Below, one piece after another: positions 9,142 to 16,856 of a stretch of DNA of 52,600 bases. Positions within the stretch are counted from its first letter, which is position 1. The number at the start of each line of letters is the position of its first letter. The notes below the pieces were generated by a model that saw only the letters and a program-made list of their open reading frames with translations, was not told the origin of the DNA and made no database searches. The position numbers were made by a program, and so were the translations under genes. Origin of the DNA: a virus (taxonomy: Duplodnaviria; Caudoviricetes); the IMG/VR virus record IMGVR_UViG_3300026279_000223, positions 1 through 52,600 of that record; one strand, 5' to 3'.

Positions 9142-9155
9142 TGCTCCCTCCCAAT
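9123..9155 (-). terminator. Intrinsic terminator after hsp20
   Basis: TTGGGAGGGAG-CATTGA-CTTCCTCCCGA stem followed by TTTT. Confidence 0.7.
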
Positions 9156-9163
9156 CCCTCAAT

Positions 9164-9616
9164 TTACTTGATTTTTATAGTTCTAGCCTTTTTGTTCTCT
9201 GGTATGATTCTTTCCATAGAAACTCTTAAAAGACCATCTTTTAGTTCAGCACCTTTGATTTCTACGTCATCGGCAATAGTAAAAGACTTTTGAAACATAC
9301 GTTTGGCAATACCTTTGTGTAGTATACCATCGTTTTCCTCAACCTCTTTTTCTGATTCGTCTTTAATAGATTTAACTGTTAAGACACCATCCTCAAAAGA
9401 TACATCTATATCCTTCTTACCATAACCAGCAAGTGCTAGTTGAATATCATAGGTATAATTACCTGTCTTTACGATATTATATGGTGGATATTTTACATTA
9501 ACCATTTCATTGAAATTATGGTCACCTACCATTCTTTCAAAGTGGTCAAACATAGTGTCAAACCCTACGGTTACTGGTCTTAATTGATTGAAAATTGAAA
9601 ATGCTTTATTGGTCAT
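9164..9616 (-). CDS. hsp20: Small heat shock protein Hsp20/IbpA family
   Basis: YPPYNIVK, LALAGY, LHKGIAKR, AELKDGLLRV; AGGAGG SD. Confidence 0.96.
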   Translation of the reverse strand: MTNKAFSIFNQLRPVTVGFDTMFDHFERMVGDHNFNEMVNVKYPPYNIVKTGNYTYDIQLALAGYGKKDIDVSFEDGVLTVKSIKDESEKEVEENDGILHKGIAKRMFQKSFTIADDVEIKGAELKDGLLRVSMERIIPENKKARTIKIK

Positions 9617-9678
9617 ATAAACCTCCTTTTGTTAAGCAAAGTTAATGTTAAGACAACCCATTATGGCGTTGTCATAGT

Positions 9679-9710
9679 TATTTATATAAGTATTAATCCC
9701 CATATGGCAA
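9679..9710 (-). promoter_or_regulatory. T4 late promoter TATAAATA overlapping an RpoH-like promoter upstream of hsp20
   Basis: TATAAATA at 9679-9686; TTG-N17-CTTATAT at 9684-9710. Confidence 0.65.
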
Positions 9711-9711
9711 C

Positions 9712-10494
9712 CTACCTATATAAAATTCTTGTTAATCGGTCTTGTGAAAATTTATAATAGTCTTTATCTATTTCACAACCAACATAGTCTAAACCATAGT
9801 ATTTCGCAACTACGGCCGTTGTACCTGTACCCATAAACGGATCAAATACAATACCTTTCTTTAGACCTGAAACTTTTAAAATCTTCTCCACAAACTCTTC
9901 CGGATAGATGGCTGGGTGTTTATTGTCACCAGCGATTTGTTTAGTAATATCTTTAGTAGCCTTACTTTTATATGTTATATGCCAACAGTTAGTGGTAGGA
10001 CGATAGTTCCGACCACTCCGTTTTGCATTTCTATTATCATTGTTGTAGTTCGTATCATATGGTACACCTGACCACTCCAAGTCAATTGGTGTGTTGCCTT
10101 CTTTTGTAAAGTGAAATAGATGTTCCCAACCATTTTGTAAGTATCTTTTACTCATATGTGGTATTGTATACCCTCTAACCTTACCATCAACTTCTACGGC
10201 CTTTGCCCATATAATATTGTTTTGTAATTTCCATGGTACGTTCTCGGCAATTTTGTATGTATCAAAAGGATTCTCTTTTGAATATCCTAGATTAAGAAAT
10301 AAATGTCCATTAGGTTTTAATACTCTACAGACCTCATGTAAAATTTCTTCCATCCATTCTATGTAATTTTCTTTTGTATCTTTATATTCAGAATATCTAG
10401 CACCAATATTATATGGTGGACTTGTTATACAAATGTCAAAAGATTCGTCTGGCGTTGTATCTAAAAATTTTAGGCAATCAATATTGTGAATCAT
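9712..10494 (-). CDS. Orphan N4-cytosine/N6-adenine DNA methyltransferase, beta class
   Basis: ITSPPYN catalytic motif precedes HPAIYP and DPFMGTGTT SAM-binding motif. Confidence 0.93.
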   Translation of the reverse strand: MIHNIDCLKFLDTTPDESFDICITSPPYNIGARYSEYKDTKENYIEWMEEILHEVCRVLKPNGHLFLNLGYSKENPFDTYKIAENVPWKLQNNIIWAKAVEVDGKVRGYTIPHMSKRYLQNGWEHLFHFTKEGNTPIDLEWSGVPYDTNYNNDNRNAKRSGRNYRPTTNCWHITYKSKATKDITKQIAGDNKHPAIYPEEFVEKILKVSGLKKGIVFDPFMGTGTTAVVAKYYGLDYVGCEIDKDYYKFSQDRLTRILYR

Positions 10495-10501
10495 AATATA
10501 C

Positions 10502-10668
10502 TGTTAGTTTTCGGTTTAAGGTCTTAAAACTAACAAAAGAGAGCCGCAGCTTTAGTTTGTTTTTTTAAGGTGGTGCGAAACTAAGCGCAAATGCTAAAAC
10601 AATCCACCATATCCGAAGCTATTAAGCTTCTTTAACGCTGTCATAGGACTTACGAGCAGCCTTGACCA
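10502..10668 (-). ncRNA. Candidate structured RNA with several hairpins and possible pseudoknots
   Basis: About 200-nt ORF-free gap with stems at 10637-10660, 10615-10630, 10569-10608, 10574-10589 and 10502-10535. Confidence 0.5.
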
Positions 10669-10707
10669 TAATATATATATCATTATTAGCGTTAAATTCC
10701 ATAAAAT

Positions 10708-10914
10708 CTATAAATTTCTCTCACGTATTTTCTTTGCTTTTTTACTATTAGCAATCATTTCTTTTTTCTTCCTACGTTTTTTAGCACTTGGTTTTTCATA
10801 ATACATTTTTTCTTTATATGTTTTAAGAAAATTATCTTTTAAATATTTTCTTTTTAAAACTCTTAAAGCCTGTTCTACGTTATTGTTTCTTACTTCTATT
10901 TTTATTCCAGCCAT
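10708..10914 (-). CDS. rpsU: Ribosomal protein bS21
   Basis: IEVRNNNVEQALRVLKRK...YYEKPSAKKRRKK. Confidence 0.92.
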   Translation of the reverse strand: MAGIKIEVRNNNVEQALRVLKRKYLKDNFLKTYKEKMYYEKPSAKKRRKKKEMIANSKKAKKIRERNL

Positions 10915-10947
10915 TTCTTCCTTTCTTTGCTGTTTGATCCTTTAAAC

Positions 10948-10971
10948 GGTGGCACCCACTACAGTGCCACC
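10948..10971 (-). terminator. GC-rich hairpin between the AAA gene and rpsU (weak terminator or processing stem)
   Basis: GGTGGCAC/GTGCCACC 8-bp inverted repeat; poor U-tract. Confidence 0.45.
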
Positions 10972-10987
10972 AAAGGAACACTATAGC

Positions 10988-12214
10988 TTAAACACTAGAC
11001 GAGTCGTCTGAATCTGTTGTATCAGAATCCTCATCTTCGTCATCTTCGCTAAGATCCGATTGTGAAGCTAAATCTGCTTGTCTATTCTGTTCCATAATGT
11101 CTTCAACACTTGAACCAGAATCTACTTTAGTATATAACTCTACAAACGAATTTTTTGTATCATCATCAAATCTATTAGTACACATTTGAATTGCTTTTAC
11201 TTTATTATTAAATATAGCATAAGCTTGAGTTATGTGGACTAATCTTCTTGTTGAGATAATCTCGTCAACGCCACCATCAAAAAACGTTTTTCTAATAACA
11301 TCAGCCCATGTAGTAAGCTTTTCTATGAAAGCTTTGTCTGATTTACCAGCCGCTTTTAATGTGTTAGTTAATATTTTTTTCTCAATAGCAACACTTGGAT
11401 ATTTCTGTTCAAAAGTCACAGGAAATCTTTCCAAAAATGCCTCATTAAGAATATTAGTTCCGATAAACTTACCGTCTTCACTACCTTGACCTTTAGTATT
11501 GGCAGTAGCAACGATGTTAAATCCTGCTTTAGGTTTAACAAACTTGTTTATCTTTTTAACATAAACACCTGATCCTTCAAGGATTGGTTGTAAACACATA
11601 ATCTTATTACTAGCTAAGTCAACCTCATCTAATAATAAAAGAGCGCCTCTTTCCATCGCCTCAATAACAGGTCCGTTTTGCCATACAGTTTGACCATCTT
11701 TAAGTCTATAACCGCCTAACAAATCGTCCTCATCGGTCTCAATTGTTATATTAACTCTAATTAATTCTTTCTTTGCCTCGGCACAAGATTGAATAACTCC
11801 CATTGTTTTACCATTACCAGATAAACCAGTAATAAAAATAGGATAGAACCTATTTGATTTAACAATAGATTTTACATCTGTATAATTACCAAAAGGTACG
11901 AATATTGGATCTTTTTTAGGGACAATATCACCTACTAAAGATGAAACAATATAAGCGGCTTCAGATTTTGATTCAACCTCTTTAGCCGTATTCTTTTTGA
12001 TAACTGGTTCTGGAACAGAAACGTCCTCACCATCTACAGGTAATAAAAATAAAGATTTACCAACTTTGTAATCTCTATTCTTGATCAACCATTGTGGAGC
12101 ATACTTACAACCAAATTTTTTATTGGCTTTTTTTAACTCCTCTACAGTTAGTTCCTTTTTATTAAACATAGCATAAGCATGTTCAACAAATTGGGTTTGT
12201 TTAGTGTTTAACAT
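10988..12214 (-). CDS. MoxR-type AAA+ ATPase (phage CobS-like)
   Basis: GLSGNGKT, LLLDEVD, ATANTKGQG, AFLERF, ISTRRL; acidic tail. Confidence 0.93.
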   Translation of the reverse strand: MLNTKQTQFVEHAYAMFNKKELTVEELKKANKKFGCKYAPQWLIKNRDYKVGKSLFLLPVDGEDVSVPEPVIKKNTAKEVESKSEAAYIVSSLVGDIVPKKDPIFVPFGNYTDVKSIVKSNRFYPIFITGLSGNGKTMGVIQSCAEAKKELIRVNITIETDEDDLLGGYRLKDGQTVWQNGPVIEAMERGALLLLDEVDLASNKIMCLQPILEGSGVYVKKINKFVKPKAGFNIVATANTKGQGSEDGKFIGTNILNEAFLERFPVTFEQKYPSVAIEKKILTNTLKAAGKSDKAFIEKLTTWADVIRKTFFDGGVDEIISTRRLVHITQAYAIFNNKVKAIQMCTNRFDDDTKNSFVELYTKVDSGSSVEDIMEQNRQADLASQSDLSEDDEDEDSDTTDSDDSSSV

Positions 12215-12241
12215 AGTGTTTTTCCTTTCATTTATTAATAT

Positions 12242-12270
12242 ATCCTATCATAGATTAAAGTAAATGTAAA
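12242..12270 (-). promoter_or_regulatory. Sigma70-type promoter
   Basis: TTTACA-N17-TAGGAT with extended TG. Confidence 0.7.
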
Positions 12271-12300
12271 GCCTAAAAGAATCGTTGATACCTGTATCAT

Positions 12301-14619
12301 CTAGGCGACCTCCTCTATGAATTTATTCAAAAGTGTTCTGGAAGTGATTCTTCCTTTCATACTTTTACTGAATGTTGCTTTGATATTTCTTACTTTATCA
12401 TCTGCTTTAATAGTAGACAAGTCAGTATTTTGTACTGCCATTGTTTTTCCATTTAATAAGAAGTATCTATTGTACCCTTTACTGCTTACAACGGCACACT
12501 TCTCTTTAACAAATTTCTTTTTAATGTCGGCAATTACTTTTTCTCTAGTAATATATGATTTAATACCATGTGTAAATCTACTAATGTCCCACCACTTAAT
12601 AGTTTTTAAAACATAGAAACCAATTGTTTTAATACCATGTTCTTTTTGTATAAGTGTTAATAACAAAGCAGTTAAATCTGATCTAGACTCCTCATTAACA
12701 TATTGTTTTTTACCAACCTTTAAAACTGTTTTGATTGGAATATATTTGTCAGTTGGTTTATCATTAATTCTAAATTCATCTTTATGTTTTCTAATTAGTG
12801 TACCATTTTCTCCTTCTATAACCTTTGCTTCACCAGAGTAGTTAGCACCACCATCAGTTAATGTAATAAATGTCATTTTTTCTATATTATATTTTCTTTT
12901 GAATAATGGAACAATTTTTAAACAAGCAACTAAAGCTTCATTTAATGGTGTAGTACCTAAATTGTATTGAGCCGGCATATGAAATCTATTTCCTTCGTAT
13001 CTATTACCATCATCATTCCAAAAACCTCTTCTAGAATAATGACCATAACATAATCCCATATTATAAACATACATTAAAGACTCTTCCAATTCTTTTTTCT
13101 TTAAAGTATGGTTTGCTAATTCAATTAAATTAAAGTTTTCTAAAAACATATTACCTGATTTAAACTTCCAACTTGCTTTACTAGGATTTCTATCTCTATG
13201 TGCCAATCCTTGTTGCTCGCAATATTCAGTTGTGAAAGCATATACTTTAAAAGGTATATTAATTTTTCTACAGAAATAAACTAGGTTAATTAATTGATCT
13301 ATTGTTTTTTTAAGATCGCCAGCCATACTACCAGACCAATCTAACAACATCATCATACCATGGTTTTTTTCAGTAGGTAGAATAGTTAATCTTTTAAATA
13401 TATCATCACTGAATTTGTAATCTTTTAATTTAAGAGGATCAATAGTACCTGTTTTATCAGTAGTTGCTCTCTTATATGCAGTAGCAGATTTTTTCATTTC
13501 AAACTCTTTAACAAGATAGTTAACAGTTTTCATATTATCACTACAATACTTTTTAAAATCATTTCTTAACCACATTAAATATTGATCTGTTCCAGAATAC
13601 TGCTTTTTTTCACTGTTAACAAATTGTCTCATTTCTTTTAAGAAAGTTTTAGTTGATATAATAACTTTATTTAAATCTGCTTCTGGTAAATCACAATAAT
13701 TATATTCACAAGTCACATCTACAATTTTTTTAGTGTTCTCGTGATAGTTCTTATCAGTGATTGCTATAAATTTTCTTGAATCTAAAGAAGAACCTTTTTG
13801 ATCTTCTTGTTTACCATCACCACCCTCAACTGATTTTTGTTGACCGCCTTGAACATCTTCAACATCGGTATCGCTAGCGTCACCATCAGATTTTTTTTCT
13901 TCTTCTTTAATTTCTTTATCACCATCATTGTCATCACTATCAGACTCTTCTGGTTTAGGCTCTTCAGGACCTTTATGGTCATCTTTTAATACATAAAGTT
14001 TATCTAAATTACTACCTTTAAAATTTGGATCCTTTTTATCGTTTTCAGATTTTTTCTTTTGCCAATTTAACATTTCTTTTGCTAACTTAACAACATCTGT
14101 AAATGTTCTAATTGCATTTACTTTTGAAATCCATATGTTTTCAAAGTTATCAAAATATATTGGTAATCTTTTTGAAGACTTATAGAACATATTAATTTTA
14201 TCAATTAAATGTAAATCTTTATTTAAATCTTTATCTCTAACGCCAAAGAAGTTTGCTTTGTTAAGAATATCAAAACCATTAAGGTAGTTTTTAACTACAC
14301 CAGGATATTTCTTTTGAATTTTTAAATCTATTCTACAATCTTCTAAAACATTAACATAAGCACGTAGCTCTTTATCTTCAATTTTTGCCCATGATTTATA
14401 AGGAGTAAATAGAGCATGACTGCACTCATGGGCGATTAACATGTCATACACATCGGGAGATTTTGTTTTAAAAATTGGTAGAGTAAGTACTCTATTCTTT
14501 ACATCAAAAGAAGCTGTTCTAACATTGTTATGTTGAATAGTAATATTCTCTGTTGCTAATAATTTTGCTAATTGTGATTTTTGATCTAGTGAAACTTTTG
14601 TAGTGGTTGTCTTTGTCAT
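12301..14619 (-). CDS. Metallopeptidase-like plus VWA protein (phage CobT-like), partner of the AAA+ ATPase
   Basis: HECSH, NVLEDCRI, acidic linker, LDWSGSM MIDAS, GTTPL, LTDG. Confidence 0.9.
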   Translation of the reverse strand: MTKTTTTKVSLDQKSQLAKLLATENITIQHNNVRTASFDVKNRVLTLPIFKTKSPDVYDMLIAHECSHALFTPYKSWAKIEDKELRAYVNVLEDCRIDLKIQKKYPGVVKNYLNGFDILNKANFFGVRDKDLNKDLHLIDKINMFYKSSKRLPIYFDNFENIWISKVNAIRTFTDVVKLAKEMLNWQKKKSENDKKDPNFKGSNLDKLYVLKDDHKGPEEPKPEESDSDDNDGDKEIKEEEKKSDGDASDTDVEDVQGGQQKSVEGGDGKQEDQKGSSLDSRKFIAITDKNYHENTKKIVDVTCEYNYCDLPEADLNKVIISTKTFLKEMRQFVNSEKKQYSGTDQYLMWLRNDFKKYCSDNMKTVNYLVKEFEMKKSATAYKRATTDKTGTIDPLKLKDYKFSDDIFKRLTILPTEKNHGMMMLLDWSGSMAGDLKKTIDQLINLVYFCRKINIPFKVYAFTTEYCEQQGLAHRDRNPSKASWKFKSGNMFLENFNLIELANHTLKKKELEESLMYVYNMGLCYGHYSRRGFWNDDGNRYEGNRFHMPAQYNLGTTPLNEALVACLKIVPLFKRKYNIEKMTFITLTDGGANYSGEAKVIEGENGTLIRKHKDEFRINDKPTDKYIPIKTVLKVGKKQYVNEESRSDLTALLLTLIQKEHGIKTIGFYVLKTIKWWDISRFTHGIKSYITREKVIADIKKKFVKEKCAVVSSKGYNRYFLLNGKTMAVQNTDLSTIKADDKVRNIKATFSKSMKGRITSRTLLNKFIEEVA

Positions 14620-14627
14620 ATACACTT

Positions 14628-14656
14628 ATCCTAAAGGAAAATGAAACAAAAAGCAA
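14628..14656 (-). promoter_or_regulatory. Sigma70-type promoter giving a near-leaderless transcript
   Basis: TTGCTT-N17-TAGGAT, 8 nt before ATG 14619. Confidence 0.65.
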
Positions 14657-14691
14657 CCATTATTTTTCACGGTTTTACTTGCTTTTTAAAA

Positions 14692-14706
14692 GAACTAAAC
14701 CAGAAC
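14692..14706. promoter_or_regulatory. Possible alphaproteobacterial LexA box
   Basis: GAAC-TAAACCA-GAAC (GAAC-N7-GAAC) in intergenic DNA. Confidence 0.4.
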
Positions 14707-14729
14707 ACTTGATTTTTTAGTCTGATTCG

Positions 14730-16061
14730 TTATCTTCCTACTTGATTTAGGTACTTTCCTTTGCAATCTTCCCAATTCAAGTAAATCAAATCATCATAAA
14801 AATGTGATTCTTTAGAATATCTGTCTGTCTGTAATAAATTCTTTATTCTTTTAGAGGCATGTTTTTCTTTCCACACTTTAACTAATGCCTCTGTAGACGA
14901 ATCAAAACGTTTCTTTAAACCATCGTTTTTAACTTCGCCTCTTAAATACTCATAAGTGTTCTCATATAATCTTGCAAAATAGATACCTCTGGCATGATCA
15001 GTTTTAATTAACTTTTTATCTATACCCATTTTAGAATAGGTAAACATATATGATCTATTCTTGTGGTCTCTTTTTAATGGTTGGCCGTTAGCTCTTGTTG
15101 CTTCATACCATTCAAAGTATTTTCTAGTATGATTTTTCTTTAACCATTGTTTAATTAAATTCTTTGTTTCTGGTTGTGGTTCATATGATACGGAACCCAT
15201 AGTGAAACCCATACGTTTCCAGTATTTTAAACCATCATATTGACTTAAAGTATTTGCTTTCGCTTTACCATATAAAGATGTTGTGGTAACACCAACTAAC
15301 TTGTCACCATATTTCTCTTCCCAAATTCTTTGTACGTCATCTGATAAACATAGATATGCTAATAGTTTACCACCAGTATAACTATAACCTAAAGGTTGTG
15401 TTGGTACAATAGAGGAACCAATAGCAGTATGATTAATCATACCACCAAACGTTTTACTATGTCTATCCCAACCAATGGCACTGTCTCTTGGAGTTAAATC
15501 CATAAAGTCACCAGATATACAAATCACACCTAAATGTTTGCCTGATTTATTATCATTTACATTAAAGAATAACTGTCTACCAATATTACTATTGTTTTTC
15601 ATGGTAGACAAAAATGTTCTTAATGTGTTCCAGTTTTCAGATAGTTGTTGAGTTCTTACTGCTTTGCCGTTAAATCTTTTTGTAGTATCATCTGTATATT
15701 CTAATACAGGTTCCAGTTTATCATAGTCTTCAGGTGATTCTGGAATCCAGATATTATTTCTAACAGTATCTATTTGATTTTTTTGTGTAGGTTCTTTTAG
15801 TATATTTTCTGTACCATAGAGAGTAGTTGATTCTACTGTAGGATATTTTCTATGTACTTCTTGCCACTTTTGAAATAATGTATACTCTTGTACGGTCATT
15901 TTAGACACGTATCCAAGGTCTTTTTCTATAGCTTCTTTTAATACTTTCTCATCAACATCTTCTATTTTAGAGATATCGTTTTCATCTTGAAATTGTTTCC
16001 ACTTCTTTTCAACACCCTCTAAATCTTGTTTAGCGTGTATGTCAAAGTCATCTTTAGTCAT
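14730..16061 (-). CDS. DUF4338/Druantia DruA-like protein
   Basis: LTPRDSAIGW, PLGYSYTGGKLLAYL, VTTTSLYGK...SQYDGL, GFTMGS resemble DruA-family motifs as recalled. Confidence 0.7.
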   Translation of the reverse strand: MTKDDFDIHAKQDLEGVEKKWKQFQDENDISKIEDVDEKVLKEAIEKDLGYVSKMTVQEYTLFQKWQEVHRKYPTVESTTLYGTENILKEPTQKNQIDTVRNNIWIPESPEDYDKLEPVLEYTDDTTKRFNGKAVRTQQLSENWNTLRTFLSTMKNNSNIGRQLFFNVNDNKSGKHLGVICISGDFMDLTPRDSAIGWDRHSKTFGGMINHTAIGSSIVPTQPLGYSYTGGKLLAYLCLSDDVQRIWEEKYGDKLVGVTTTSLYGKAKANTLSQYDGLKYWKRMGFTMGSVSYEPQPETKNLIKQWLKKNHTRKYFEWYEATRANGQPLKRDHKNRSYMFTYSKMGIDKKLIKTDHARGIYFARLYENTYEYLRGEVKNDGLKKRFDSSTEALVKVWKEKHASKRIKNLLQTDRYSKESHFYDDLIYLNWEDCKGKYLNQVGR

Positions 16062-16070
16062 AATATATAA

Positions 16071-16099
16071 ATGGTATCAGAAATCAATCCGATTGTCAA
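16071..16099 (-). promoter_or_regulatory. Sigma70-type promoter
   Basis: TTGACA-N17-TACCAT with extended TG, 9 nt before ATG; no SD. Confidence 0.75.
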
Positions 16100-16101
16100 G
16101 C

Positions 16102-16848
16102 TTACAGTTTTTCCATTGCTTTCTTATGTTTTTCGTAGGCTTTCATCTGTTTAGCGGCTTTCTTATAAGCCATATCTAACTTCAATTTAGATACACCATC
16201 TGTAAAATTCTTGCCTAATATATGATCGTATTCATGTTGGAATATTCTACTAATCATACCATCAAGGTGGCCTTCTCTTAATTGTCCATCTTCATCTTCG
16301 TATTTGACAACTACTTTTCTAGGCCTTTCTATTGATAAGAATACAAAAGGAAAAGTTAAACAGCCTTCTTTCATTACTACTGTTTCCTCACTTTTTGTTA
16401 TTATCATTGGATTAAAACAAGCCATCTTTAACCCTTTTTCTATATCTGGATGATCGCCTATCGTAAACATATTGAAAGGTAATCCAACCTGATTACAGGT
16501 TAAACCTATTCCACCATATTTCTTCATTGTTTTGAACATGGCGTCTGCTAGTTCTTTTCTATCTTTAAACTTCATTTCACAATCAGGATAATCTTCTTCT
16601 AACATATCATCACTGAAAGGTGCTATTGCTGAATTGACTCTAGGGTCTCTCGGTGGTACCAGTTTTAGGGTATTTTTATCCTCTAATACGGGTGTTTCCG
16701 TCTCCTTAATTTTCTCAACCTTTTCTTGCTTTTTTGGCTTATTTTTAAAGCCTTGAGCCTTGTCAATATAGTCATTTTGCTTTTTCGGTAACTTGTCTAT
16801 TTTACCTTTATTACCGCCAAGCATTACATTTTTTTGTGTACTTCCCAT
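16102..16848 (-). CDS. def: Peptide deformylase with Lys-rich N-terminal extension
   Basis: GGIGLTCNQVG, EGCLT, QHEYDH. Confidence 0.95.
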   Translation of the reverse strand: MGSTQKNVMLGGNKGKIDKLPKKQNDYIDKAQGFKNKPKKQEKVEKIKETETPVLEDKNTLKLVPPRDPRVNSAIAPFSDDMLEEDYPDCEMKFKDRKELADAMFKTMKKYGGIGLTCNQVGLPFNMFTIGDHPDIEKGLKMACFNPMIITKSEETVVMKEGCLTFPFVFLSIERPRKVVVKYEDEDGQLREGHLDGMISRIFQHEYDHILGKNFTDGVSKLKLDMAYKKAAKQMKAYEKHKKAMEKL

Positions 16849-16856
16849 ATTTTCTC

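Noticed and set aside
9698-9705. E. coli-type sigma32 -10 element CCCCATAT on the plus strand
   Set aside because: Wrong orientation for hsp20 and no matching -35
9712-10494. Restriction-modification system
   Set aside because: No adjacent endonuclease; orphan methyltransferases are routine in phages
10540-10610. SAM-V or SAM-II riboswitch upstream of the methyltransferase (GCATTTG ... ACTAAA)
   Set aside because: P1 pairing and spacing do not fit the consensus as I recall it; kept only as an unassigned structured RNA
10988-14619. CobS/CobT-like pair read as cobalamin biosynthesis linked to the B12 riboswitch
   Set aside because: MoxR AAA+/VWA pairs are common in T4-like marine phages and probably act as chaperones; no cobN or other cob genes in the window
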